In this document: positions 22,075 through 34,643 of the stretch, one piece after another
How the letters are laid out: the number at the start of each line of letters is the position of its first letter
Numbering within the stretch: position 1 is the first letter of the stretch
From: Chiloscyllium plagiosum
Lineage: Eukaryota
DNA length: 43,281 bases
Assembly (NCBI RefSeq): GCF_004010195.1
Contig: NC_057719.1
Coordinates: 23,501,217-23,544,497 of the forward strand
Direction of reading: 5' to 3'
Translations under genes and position numbers: made by a program
The notes under the pieces: generated by a model
Seen by the model: only the letters and a program-made list of their open reading frames with translations
What the model was told of the DNA's origin: nothing
The model's database searches: none

Positions 22075-22889
22075 GGTTTCAACTTCATTACAGGTTTCGT
22101 CTTCTCAGCTTCTTCAATGGTGCCAAATACCTTGAAACCTTTCTTCAGTTTTGTGCAGTCTTTGTGGTACTGGTTCTCTATTTCCTACGTTTTGCTTTTT
22201 TCTTAGATATTGTATTTCAGACAGTGTCAGTTGTTGCAAGTGGAATATGGTAAAGGACAATAAATCCTGCTTAGGCTTCACTTTCACCAGCATAATAGCA
22301 AAGAATATGATAATAGAGTGAAATAATATTATGAATATGGGAAATGTACACACATTCACAAATATAAACACACATACATCACTCATGCCAAGGAACTTGA
22401 GAAACGCTTAGAGTGGTGCACTTTTAGACTATTTCTCAAATTAAAATCCCCCTTAATATTGTAAAATACAATTTTAAAAATGCAACAGCCATATCACTAT
22501 AATTTTATTGAATAAATTAAACTCCTGATTATGTATTAATTTTCCGGTGTCAGTATCCAAATGTTTCACACATTTGAATTCTTTCTGTTGTGTTAGATCG
22601 GCACTTTTCGGTTAAACTTGGAGGGTGTATTATTGTTGGAAATAAAATGCTGACATTAAAATCTGGGAACCCTGACAGGTGTGTGAAATGGAAACATTCC
22701 ATCCAAATTATGAAGAAAATTGAGAATAGCTAAAACTATGTAGTATATATGTTAATCACTCAATAATTGGGTTTGCAAAAGATTTTGGCACGTTGCTATA
22801 GACCTCTAACTCTTTCTGCAATACAGTCAAATGAATTACTTTTTAATTGATGCATATTGATGACTGTGAATTCAGCTACTCAATGTATT

Positions 22890-22904
22890 GCTGCCATCTA
22901 CAGG
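22890..22904 (-). promoter_or_regulatory. Candidate CTCF site
   Basis: Minus strand CCTGTAGATGGCAGC fits the CTCF core CCnSYAGRKGGCRS. Motif match only. Confidence 0.3.
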
Positions 22905-24352
22905 TAATAACTTACCGAAGAGATCAGATATTACTGCTCATTCAGCGAGTTAGGATTTCAGTCAGGTAACTTGACTTTGACATGGTTTGCGGTTTTACTA
23001 AGTCTCATTTCTAAGTTTGATTACATGGAATAAGAAGAGATTGCATTGACTCTGGCATGTCGGCAGTTCCCCTTTAAGCTTCTGTTTGGCATAAGTCAAC
23101 TCAGAGAAATATTTCACTGTTCACCTATTGATCTTGGGACACACTATAGGTGCTGTGATATTTCATTCAGAAGTGCTGCTATCAATCTAATGCCACATCT
23201 AAACTAAAAGTAGCATGAATTTAATGTCACACATAATGTGACAACAGCCAAAGTCAGGCTATAGTGCAAAGAATAAATAGAGTACAATCTCAATACTTTG
23301 CTAATGCTGGCAAGTTAGGGGAAAGTTTTTCCCTATTGGACAAATTACTCTTCTACATGGAGTAGCTGTCCACTTAAAACTCAATTAGTGCAGATTTTCA
23401 ATGCATTGAAGTTATATTCAATATGACTGACATTATTAGTTTGTAACAGACAATACGACAGACATTATCCACATTGCAACTACTATTTGTTTCAATGGGA
23501 AACTAACAGAAGTCATAAAATTGGCCATTTTAAGAAATGCTTACAATTAAAATACATGCCCCATATGCCGAGGAGAAGTATAGAACAAATAAATCAAAAG
23601 TTTGATTTCAATTTTGATTAGCGTCAGTTAGCTGTTTGTTGTTGACGTAGACCTGAGATAGACTACATAAAGTTTGCATTTTACAGCAAAGGTGGCTTCC
23701 AGTATTCACCATTTTTTAAGCAGAAAGTTGTACACCAACCTCTGGTGACCACACATGTGCAATTACGTCAGGAAAGGCAGTTGCTGTCTAGGTCACACAG
23801 AACTTCCACAAGTTTTATTACATCATTATCTCATTTGGAAATATGTATCATTAAAATATATGTAAGGACCAGCAAAATTCAACATATTCACCCAACCGCT
23901 ACTCTGTTCAGCCAAGACATTTAGTGCTTGCCATTCCAGATAATTTTTTTTTGACACAGTTATAAGTTTTAATTACTCATAAACAACTTTGCTGGCCTTG
24001 AAAAGTAAATGTTCAAAAAGCAAAGAATAGTTTCTACTAATTTTAATTACAGTCAAAGAAATTGAAAATAAATAAAATATTTGTTGTATATATTTCTGTC
24101 TCTTATCTCTAAATATGTTACTCAATTCCTATCTAATTTATTATTTTGCATTTATGTAACTATGCTAACAAATGCCTCTGTTTCAACTCCGTGGTTCTGT
24201 AAGGACTTGCAAGTCAATTGGTAATTAAATACATAATTTCCCTTAGTTCTCCATTAGAGTGCACCATGCTGAAATGGACTTCTAATCCCTGCAAATTACA
24301 AAGCAAAAAACTGTTGATAAGTCTAAGTGTGATGAACAGTTGGTGTCATTTT

Positions 24353-24627
24353 ATTAGATTAGTGTGGAAACAGGCCCTTGGCCCAACAAGTCCACGCTGA
24401 CCCTCCGAAGAGCAACCCATCTAGACCCATTCCCCTACACCTAACACTACGGGCAATTTAGCATGGCCAATTCACATAATCTGCACATCTTTGGATTGTG
24501 GGAGGAAACCCACGCAGACATGGGCAGAATGTGCAAACTCCACACAGACAGTTGCCTGAGGCAGGAATTGAACCCGGGTCTTTGGCACTGTGAGGCAGCA
24601 GTGCTAAGCACTGTGCCACCGTGCTGC
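24353..24627 (-). mobile_element. HE1-type SINE
   Basis: Reverse complement of the copy at 36108-36421, with internal deletions. Confidence 0.92.
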
Positions 24628-25090
24628 TGACCATGAAAAAAACCTGACAATTAATTGTTGTACACTTTGCAGATATTGCTCACTGTAATACATACGTTGA
24701 ACTCCAATTGCATTAAACATCTTCTATATTATTGTGCAGAAAGGACGTCCATGGATTGAACAATGTTACCCCGCTAGACTGGAGTTTTAATAAGCAGTGG
24801 CTATAGATCCTGAAAGCAATTGCAATCAAGTATTCTTCTTCAAAGTGCTAGGGATGTAACTTTGCTTTTTTCAAGATATTAAGGAAGTTACAAAACTATT
24901 TAAATTACATCTGTTTTATTTGGAATAAGTAAGTTTATTGGATCAAATTAACTATTGTTGCTCAATACTTTTAAGTTAACTTTCCATGGAACAATACTGT
25001 GCTTTATGACTGTTATTCTGTATTCTTTTCAGCTTACCATGAAGACCTTGTCAGTGTTAACCATTATGGGGCCCAAATGTTAACTATTAC

Positions 25091-25411
25091 GGGAAGGTGG
25101 TGGCTTAGTGGTATTATCACTAAAATGTTAATCACGACACCCAGGTTCGAATCCCGCCATAGCAAATGGTAGAATTTGAATTCAATAAAAATCTAGAATT
25201 AGACATCTAGTGATGACCATGAAACCATTGTCAATTGTCAGGAAAAACCCATCTGATTCCCTATGCCCTTTAGGGAGGGAAACTGCCATCCTTACCTGGT
25301 CTGGCCGACATGTGATTGCGATCCACAGCAACATAGTTAACTCTTAACTATCCTGTGGGCAATAAATGTTGACCTAGAAAGTGATCCCCTCATCCTGTGA
25401 ATGAATAAAAA
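25091..25411 (+). mobile_element. tRNA-derived SINE with LINE-derived tail
   Basis: A-box ggtggcttagtgg, B-box ggttcgaatccc, tail gggcaataaatg..gtgaatgaataaaa. Confidence 0.8.
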
Positions 25412-26153
25412 GAAAGGATAGGGGATTACCTGCAGGATCAAGCTAAACAGTATCATGGGTAAGATTGTTCTCAACACATTTGTACATTTGCATCCTTAAA
25501 GCTCTTCAGTACTTCACCAAAGGGGCAGGTTTTTATTAAATATTGATCTAAACAATGAGAGAGGGAATTGCAACCCAAAATCACTCTTCATTCAACATCC
25601 TGATGTGTACTTTTTCACCTGAGGTCCTTGGATAATGATTAGGAAAAGTATATTGCTTATTTTTCATCATTTAGACAGTAGTTTTATCAATGGTAGTATC
25701 TTACAACTGCTTTGTCAGAGATTAGTTAACTACTTATTTAATGTGAACCATTTCAATCCATATAACTCAGCAGCATACCTGGCAGGGCACAAACCTATCA
25801 AAAGGTGAATCAAAAAAGTTATCGAAAAGGCGTATATTGTTGCAAATATACAAAGTTGACTGTTGAAAGGAAAAAGGTGACTTTCTCTTCAATGAAATGA
25901 ACATAAGTGGAATTGATCTTTGTACCTTGCGTATTACATTCACTCATGTTTATCTTCATAAAAATAGAATTCAAGTACAAAGCAATAAGCAACAGGTCAA
26001 AGCTGTACTGATTGTTAAGCATGGGAGATGTGTATTGTTTGCTGGAATGGACTTTTCACAATTCATTTATCTCTTAAGTCAGGAACATGAGGCCAGCATT
26101 TCACTGCAACTCCAAAGGTAATTGAGGACGTTCCAGCTTGACTCATATGTGTA

Positions 26154-26252
26154 ACAAAAACAGAAATTGCTCAAAAAACTCAGCAGGTCTGGCAGCATCT
26201 CTGCAGAGAAATCAGAGTTAATGTTTCAGATCTGATGACCCTTCCTCAGAAC
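26154..26252 (-). mobile_element. Penelope-like terminal fragment with hammerhead motif
   Basis: Same family as 21928-22033. The reverse complement reads GTT CTGAGGA A GGGTC atca GATCT GAAA CA TT AAC. Confidence 0.78.
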
Positions 26253-26829
26253 AGGCGTCCTGTTTGTAAACTATTTTATATAATCCTGAGCAAAAACTGG
26301 GAAGTACGTAAACCTTATTCACTCAAGGGTTAAATTGGCAGGATAGGATTGACAATCTGTATGGTAATGCACCTAATTCTGCTATGTATTTATATACTCC
26401 ATTGGCATTTTCATTTCCACTCGTGAATGGAGCAGACTATGTGATTCATGAAATATTGAATTCCTCATATCTATGGTTATTCTAAAAGTTTTCAATGCAC
26501 AAGTGACACAGCTGTCTGCTTTTCCACATGCTCTTGAGTAATTGCTGCAATTTAAACCTAGTTGTCAGCAAGATATGATTCCTCACCATACAGAAAGCAT
26601 ACCAACTAAATCTCAAAAAAAGCCACTATAACATTTGCCAATGGTTTAAAATACAAGCCTCTCCACTCTAGTAAAAGCAAAAGTCACCAAATATTTTCTC
26701 CCTGTATTGTTCCAACACAGCAAGAAAACAATGGGCATGTCATTGGGTTTTACTCAATCAGTGATAGAAATCTTAGTTATTTTTGGAAATCCAAGGGAGC
26801 AATACTTTCCACCATTGCAGGCAAAATCT

Positions 26830-27140
26830 CCCCAGTGTCATTGCTAATATTTATCACTCAACCACTATCTTGAAGAAGATTATTGCATTACTGCTTTTAA
26901 GTGCTTGCTAAGCATGTGCCACAGTGGTAGTGTCCCTACCTCTGAGCTAGGGGGCCTGGGTTTAATTCCTACCTGCTCCAGAGATGTCTGAACAGATTGA
27001 TTAGAAGCTATCCACAACAGGTTGCTACATTTCCTATATTATAGCAGTGACTACATTTACAGACACTTAATTGGCTGTCAAGCACTTTTGGACATGCTGT
27101 GGTGGTGAAAGCTGCAACATAAATATAGATTTTCCTTTCT
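26830..27140 (+). mobile_element. Deu-domain SINE remnant with a nested tRNA-like SINE head (~26915-27015)
   Basis: ctaatatttatcactcaacc..ctacatttcctatattatagcagtgactac..ttaattggctgt..aagcactttt. Nested head cacagtggtagtgtccctacctctgagc..ctgggtttaattcc. Confidence 0.55.
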
Positions 27141-28219
27141 TACTCCTCAGACTTATTTCATGTAACTCAGTATAGAGTATGGAACAAACTGTTATCTTCT
27201 AGATCCAAAAGGCTCAGTACTATGCCTCACAATGGCCTCATCCATTGATGATGCAGGTCATTTTCAGAGCTTAGTCATGAACATGTGGATTTGATGGTCC
27301 AGGCACACCATGATAGAAAGCTTTAGCAAATTCATCAAGAGTTGATACTTTTTGCCAAAACTAAATGCAATAGAAAAGGGAGAATTTCACAGTTGAAATT
27401 ACTGTCATCAAAATTCTTGTATAAATGTTTAAAGTGCTTGCATAAAATTCTTCTCCACAATCATAAGGGATATGCTTAAGACATAAAATGACTACTCTAA
27501 ATTGTATGCGCTTCTTTTTTAATTAGGGTCTGACTTGACAATGACCATTTCTGTTCTTATACGTTTGCTTGGTGGGCCATCAACAACCACACACATGGAA
27601 TACAGTGCCTTTAACACAGTAACACTTCATATTCATAAGTGCTAATTGGCAGTTGTTACAGATATGAATAATTAATGTTAAATTTACTTCTTTAAGCTGT
27701 TTTATTGTCTTTCAGCAAACCAGTTGGGGACACTAAACATACTCATTATCCGTGAATCAGTCAGTAGCACTTACACATCTTCAGATGGTTGTGAGTTCAA
27801 GACTCACCCCAGGGGTTTGAGCATGAAATCTGGGATGACACCGTGATACAATACCAGGAGACAGACACAATGTGACACAAATCTTTCTGCTTTTTAATTT
27901 TACTTGATCATGCCTAGTACACATCCTTCAATAATCTAATCCCAAAAGCAAAATTTGCTGAGAACAGCAATAAAACAGAAAATGCTGGAAACGTTCAAGC
28001 AGTCACAGCCTCGGGAGCAAAAACACCTAGAAAACTACAGGTTTTTAATCAGAACTGGGGGAAAAAATGGAAACATAACAGGTTTTAAACAAATGTAAAA
28101 GCAGGGAAACATGCGAGAAAGTTAGGAAATAAAGAAGAAAATGAAAGGCATGGGATAGAATGGAATATGGTAGGAGCTAAATGACAAAATGCATGAGGAG
28201 GGTGAATGTAAAACTAAGT

Positions 28220-28402
28220 GAAGTCACCTTTGTCTTACCATAGGGCTGCTCTCTCATTAGGAAGAGGTGACTGGTAGTGGTTTAGCTGGAAATTCACCAC
28301 ACCTCAGGAGAGATTGAGAAGATGAATCTTTCAGCTGGTGAGGTAACTGAACCTATTGACATCATAAACAAACCATCCATCTACTGCGCTAAACCGACCC
28401 CC
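28220..28402 (-). mobile_element. tRNA-derived SINE, decayed
   Basis: Reverse-complement relative of 19828-20035 (caccacacctcagg, gctgctctctcattag). Confidence 0.6.
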
Positions 28403-28454
28403 AACGATCGCTAAGTAATAGGTAAACAAAAGAGACCAGCATTTGTACATCTTG

Positions 28455-28590
28455 CATCAAGGCACTTCACAACCAACAAAGTACTTCTGAAATGTTGTAA
28501 TGTAGGAATCACAGCAGCCAATCAGCACAGGCAAAAAGAAATGTGACAATACCAGATAATCTGTTGATTGGAGATAAATATTGGCCAGGT
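28455..28590 (-). mobile_element. Deu-domain SINE remnant
   Basis: tgttgtaatgtaggaatcacagcagccaat..ccagataatctg..gataaatattggccagg. Confidence 0.6.
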
Positions 28591-30033
28591 CAAAACAAGA
28601 ATAGTGGTAATGATCTGAATTGTTCAATTCAAAGCAAGTTTTGTCATTCCTTGAACTATTGTCAAACTTCATTAGAACTGTAAGGAAGCTGAGAACAGGG
28701 ACTGGAGAGGCAGATTGTAAATTAAAATTTTAAACAAACAAAAAATTGGGTCACCCTTGCACACATAATAAATCACCAAACCAAGCTCTATTCTACATTT
28801 GATCCTTTCAATATGTAGGAGATCACCTCATGAGAATTGATATCAACATATGAATGTAAGAGAAATGTAAGTATATTGCTCAGATACAAAATGGTGTGGA
28901 AGATTGAAATCTATTAGAAGGTCATTGAGCTCAAGCATTAACTCTGTTTCTCCATCTAAAGATGTCACCTGGCCTGCTGTGTATTTCCTGCATTTTCTGT
29001 TCATTTCAAGTAAATTGCTATTCCATTTGGAAGGCATGCTTCAGAACCAGAAAGAGGTAAGAGAACTCCAACAATTGAATGGAAAAGTGCCTTGGAAAGG
29101 AGATGGGGTTTCAGGGGTGATTGAAGGTGGATTAGGAGGGAATAGTCCCTTTTTGAATACTGAATGGAGAGAAGTGTGGAGCAAAGATGTATTCAGTGAT
29201 TGCATCACACATTGAAAGAGTAGGCAGAAGGGGTGAGATGAAAAGGAGGACTACAGGAGCTCTATAGTGGTTCTGGGAAGGTGGGACACTAATCAAAGCA
29301 GAAATAACAAAAGAATAATCACTAATACAGACACGTCACTTGCTTCCAAATAACATACAACATCTTACAAGATCCAAAAGCTGGATTTGAACAAGGCATT
29401 TTGTCAATGCTCTCAGGTCAGCATTGTTGAAAAATCTTTTGGCTTCACATCTGTTCTTTGAGCTGAAAAATGAAAAAAATTAACCCAAGTGGCAGTTCAC
29501 AGAAAAGTAAAATTGAGGGCCTCATTATGATTTGCTTCTAGCTTCCTAACTGCAATTTAATTGGAACCTCTCTGAACAGATCTATATCATGAACAGAAAT
29601 CTATATGGTGAGTAATTATTTTCTCCCACACAAAGCTCTAGTGGGAAATAAAGTGCAGCATGTCATTTACATGCATTAAGAATAGGGCCCTGCTGTTACC
29701 TCACCTTAGATGTTGTATGCAGATAAGAAAAAAGCTCCAGAGGTTAGGAAATGGGTTTTGGCCCATTTTTAGAGCTGTGATTATCGACATGTTTGATGCA
29801 TACACCAGAGATTGGAGATCCGAAATGCAATGTAAGTTAGGCCTTTAATCTCATCTTTTCTAGTGAGATATTGATGTCAATGTCAATTCATGTCAACGCA
29901 GTTCGCAGGCCTTCAAGTATGTTCTGGGATGGATGCGTATTGCGGGAGGGCAAAGTGTGGGCCAGTATTAGGCACAACATTATAATATGTAAGTGGTCAA
30001 ATTCTGTTTAAAGTAGCTAATTTTTAATAATGC

Positions 30034-30625
30034 TCAAAGTTTGTGAGAAGATTTGTAGCTCGGGTGCTCGTTGTTGTGGTTCTGTTCGCCGAGCTGGGAA
30101 TTTGTGTTGCAGACATTTCGTCCCCTGTCTAGGTGACATCCTCAGTGCTTGGGAGCCTCCTGTGAAGCGCTTCTGTGATCTTTCCTCCGGCATTTGTAGT
30201 GGTTTGAATCTGCCGCTTCCGGTTGTCAGTTCCAGCTGTCCGTTGCAGTGGTCCGTATATTGGGTCCAGGCCGATGTGCTTATTGATTGAATCTGTGGAT
30301 GAGTGCCATGCCTCTAGGAATTCCCTGGCTGTTTTCTGTTTGGCTTGTCCTATAATAGTAGTGTTGTCCCAATCGAATTCATGTTGCTTGTCATCTGCAT
30401 GTGTGCCTAGAGGCATGGCACTCATCCACAGATTCAATCAATAAGCACATCGACCTGGACCCAATATGCCGACTACTGCAACGGACAGCTGGAACTGACA
30501 ACCGGAAGTGGCAGATTCAAACCACTACAAATGCCGGAGGAAAGATCACAGAAGCGCTGCACAGGAGGCTCCCAAGCACTGAGGATGTCACCTAGGTGGG
30601 GGACGAAACGTCTGCAACACAAATT
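30034..30625 (-). mobile_element. 5'-truncated Penelope-like element with inverted arm, GIY-YIG C-terminal remnant and 11 bp TSD
   Basis: 220 bp arms 30099-30318 and 30406-30625. Minus ORF HADDKQHEFDWDNTTIIGQAKQKTAREFLEAWH..SINKH is a PLE endonuclease C-terminus. TSD tttaataatgc at 30023-30033 and 30624-30634. Confidence 0.92.
30576..30615 (+). ncRNA. Minimal hammerhead ribozyme motif with intact core (predicted)
   Basis: GCA | CTGAGGA (30579-30585) T | GTC..GAC | GAAA C-G TC | TGC. GUC ends at 30612. The antisense copy is at ~30108-30148. Confidence 0.65.
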
Positions 30626-32207
30626 TAATAATGCCTAATTCAGCGTATGCCTGTCACACTTACATTGTGGCTCAGGTGTGGAATATGACCACGTAGACAT
30701 AACCCTGATTGTTTTTTGGCCTTGTTCTGCAACCAGAAAATAGCACAAACAGGCTCAAGGCTTTCCAGTGTAACTAAGGAGAAGCTACCAACAGTATTCC
30801 CTGTAATATATTTTGTCCAGTGCGTGGACCTTTGAAGTCCACACATGGCAACAGCTTCCCAAAGTGGAATCCAATATATTGACACACCAACCAACATGCA
30901 CCTCCAAGTGACTACATGGCAGTGCAGTTCAGAGGGAATGCTGCCTACCAAAGATAAATGATTGAAACTGATAAATACCACTCAGAATCAATTCTGCCAG
31001 TACAGGAGATTTGCATTTGAATCACAACCTGTCACAATTTGTGAAGTTAATGGTACCGGAAAAGACTGAAATGCTCTCTGCAGGGAATTAAATCAGCCCC
31101 CAGCAGAATAAAAGGCTCAGCACCATTGATTATGCACTAGTTGAATTTCATACTATTTGACATGGAATTCTCCCAAAATTTGCTTGGAATTTCAAATGCA
31201 CTAATTTGAAAGAAGTTGTTGGAAAGATAAAGATTGCTGTGTTTTATCTCCCCAGAGGAAGTTTTATTTTTTCCATGATGTTTTATTGCAAAAAGTGGCT
31301 GAGATTTTGATCTGTTGCCTGTGATTGTGAAGCTGTACTGTTATTAGATGTCAGGTATCCTCTGATTATTAAGCTCAAAGTCAAGTAGTTAATTATATTG
31401 CAATCAGCATGAGTTTGGTTGTAAGCTTTGGTAGCCATTGAAAATTATTCTGAAATAACATCAATACGTGGAACAAAATCATTAAAAACAACCATCTGAG
31501 GGAGGGGACTGGGGCAGGGGTTTTGAACGGTGGTGATAGGAATGGGGAAAGCTTCAGTTCCCACTGTGTTCTACTGCACTTTATTTACATTTATTTGCAA
31601 CCCCCGCCCCCACCACCAGAAAGTTGCCTGTCCCAGATGAATTGTCTGTGATTTGGAGTCATTGTAAGTGAGTGTGAAAATAAATGATTGTGTGTAAGTA
31701 ACCCCTGGAGCTCATATTCTCATCACTCAGGATTCCCAGAATGGGGGGGAAGGAGATATCAGTGACTGGACAGATTGTTGGGAGAATGGCTCATCTATTT
31801 TCACCTCAACAATAAGCCTGTTTCAATGTATCACGGGTTGGCTGAACCCAATACCGTGTTTTCTTTGTGGTATATTCTGAGTTAAAATGGAAGCTATAGT
31901 TTTATGTTTTATAACAGCATATTTGGTCACAGAGCAGTGAAACATGAGAGCTGTTTGAAATAAAGTCAAGCAGAACCACTCCTAAAGAGCAATTGTTTCA
32001 TTTTTCTTTCACCGTTGTTTATTCTGTTACACTAGTTTAAATTAATAGCAGCATTTTCTGTCGAAGTGAATGGATTTGAACATCAGGGACAATTTACTCT
32101 GTGATACAGAATTAATGGTGTTTTATTGCTTGCTGAAGGGCAAAGGTAAATGCTTTACACACATAAAACAATAATGATCCAATGACACAACTGACTTTCT
32201 GCCTTAC

Positions 32208-32280
32208 CTGAAGCAGCTCTGAAGCTCAATGTTTATATGATACAATTATTTCTCTGCTGGATCCGGTGCAATTGCTAATA
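32208..32280 (-). other. Candidate spliced exon (73 nt)
   Basis: Acceptor atctctgtctctctccag| and donor CAG|gtaagg on the minus strand. All three frames contain a stop; the longest reads ISNCTGSSREIIVSYKH*. Confidence 0.4.
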
Positions 32281-32708
32281 CTGGAGAGAGACAGAGATAT
32301 GGCCCAAGGTTAGATGTGAATTTTAGAAAAGGTGAACTGTTGATTCTACACAAGGGCTGGAATGATATGCAGCTAGTTTTGCCAAAGTGTATTCTCTAAC
32401 ATGCATTAGGACAAAGAAGACAAACCAATCAAACATGAATTCACTGTCAGCGCAAAAGAGTACGGATGTAATACAATGTGTCACAAAATGGTTGGGCGCT
32501 GGAGCTTAGATCTTTGAGCGCAATATGGGGAGGAACAGGGAATGATTCTTGACGTTGAGGGTCCAGTGTACCCAATATTGGGCTTCATTTTCACTGGCGT
32601 GGCAAGCTGGGGACTGTAACGTACCGTGTCAAAAGTGGGCATGAGAATGGAGGAAGGCAAGAGAGGGGAGATGATCTGGAGTTTGGTGATTGGGCAGAAT
32701 GCAATGCA

Positions 32709-32907
32709 CAGGGCGTTCTGATGTAACGTGACAGCTGTGTTCATCTGCAACCCTGTGCTACAGAAAATCGCATTATGGAAAGTAGCTATAGACAATCGCT
32801 GTACCCGTTCAGTAGAATGTTTACATTATGCAAATAGCGTCCACAATTCGTCAATCACATTATGGTCAATTCGCACTGGCGAAATGTGCTTAAACCAGAA
32901 CGACCTG
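32709..32907. mobile_element. Tigger-like MITE
   Basis: TIRs cagggcgttctg and cagaacgacctg, with TA after the right end. Confidence 0.6.
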
Positions 32908-33457
32908 TAATTAGAGCATGAACTTTGGTTTATCTAGTTGGTGTAGCACATAGAACATAAAAGAGTACAGCACAGGAACAGGCCCTTCAGCCCACAATGT
33001 TGTGCCAAAAATGACACTAAATTAAACCAATCCTTTCTGCCTGCCCTTGATCCACATCCCTCCATTGCTTGCATATACACATGCTTATCTAATAGTGCCT
33101 TAAACACTCCTGTTGTATCTGCCTCCACTACACCCTGGCAGCATGGTTCAGACTCCTACCACTCTCTGTATAAAAAAACTTGTCCTCTCATCTCCTTTGA
33201 ACTTACCCCCCTCACCTTAAATGCATGCCCTCTGCTATTAGACATTTCAACTCAGGGAAAAAGATCCTGACCCTCAACTAAATCTATGCATCTCATAACT
33301 TTATAGACTTCATTCAAGTCTTACCTTAACCTCCACCACTCCAGAGAAAGCAACCTGAGTTTTTCTAGCCTCTCTTTATAGCTCTTTACCCTCTAATGTA
33401 GATAGCATCCGGGAAACCTCTTTTGCACATTCTCCAAAGCCTCAACATCCATCCTGT

Positions 33458-34101
33458 TGTTATGGACCAGGCCAAGATTCTCAAAACATTTCAACAAAGT
33501 GGCCCAGTTCCTAACTTTGCTAGTTGCTTTAAGCAGGTACAAAGTGGATATTCCAGAAAATGTGTCACTGGTGAAACCGCGTAGTTTTAAACAAAACAGA
33601 ATTTATTTGCAAGATTACTGAATGAAACACGAACAAAAGTGAACAGAATACAGGATAAACTACCCGAAAACCCAACAGATTATCCCAACTTAATGATGCT
33701 ATTCTAAAGACTTGCAACAATCCCCACAAACACCATTTGGCACAAAAGGTAAAATCAAATACAGGGTCTTGCAGGAGAGAAGTCAGAGAAAGAGGATCAG
33801 CACAGAACTGCTTCTTTGGGTCCAGCAGCTTCAAAACTACCTGACTGCTTTCAGTGAATAGCCAGACTGGTAAAAACCAAATCAAACCAGAGCAAAGCTT
33901 AGCTGGGAGAACTGGCCACTCCCCTTTCATTATAAATATATTTTATTTTCAGACTTAAAAGCCTTTTGCCTGAGGCAGTACCTGTTAGCAACAATCAAAT
34001 TGCTCCTAAAATCTTTCAGCTTAAACTTTTTGGAGTCTGTGTCTTTTCTAACCTCTCTGAAAAAAACAACATAACCTTGTTAAGGGAGAAGCGGTGTCAC
34101 A
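33458..34101. mobile_element. Solo LTR (644 bp) with 4 bp TSD
   Basis: TGTT..CACA termini. TSD ctgt at 33454-33457 and 34102-34105. The CR1 sequence rejoins cleanly across it. Confidence 0.85.
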
Positions 34102-34643
34102 CTGTCGTGTGGCAACCAGAACTGAACACAATACTCTAAGAATGGCCTAACTAAAGTCTTATAAAGCTGTAACATGACATCCTGACTCTTGTACTCAATT
34201 CCCCAACCAATAAAAGCAAGCATACCATGTGCCATCTTTACCACCGTATATACTGGCATGGTTACTTTCAGAGAGTTATGAAATGGAATATCAAGATCCA
34301 TCCATACATTAATGCTGTTCAGGGTCTTTCCATTAACTATGTACTTTTTCTTAACATTTGACCTCCCAAAGTGCAGCACCTCACTCCATATCTGCAACTG
34401 ATTTATATCTCTGTATTCTTTGACAGCCTTCTACACTATTCACAACTCCACTGATCTTTATATCATCTGCAAACTTACTAACCCATCCATCTATATTTTC
34501 ATCCAAGTTATATATATATATATATCACAAACAGCAGAGGTTCCAGTATGGATCACTGCAGAACACCACTAGTCACGGACCTCCAGCCAGAAAAAAAAAC
34601 ACTCTTTCACTAATACCCTCTGCCTTCAATGGGCAAGCCAATT

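Noticed and set aside
27965..29300. Probable very old Penelope remnant broken by SINEs
   Set aside because: Only faint resemblance to the 9450-10050 copy. Boundaries cannot be supported.
30034..30625. Inverted elements interpreted as MITEs or DNA transposons
   Set aside because: Asymmetric tails, variable long TSDs, a GIY-YIG remnant and hammerhead motifs indicate Penelope-like retroelements.
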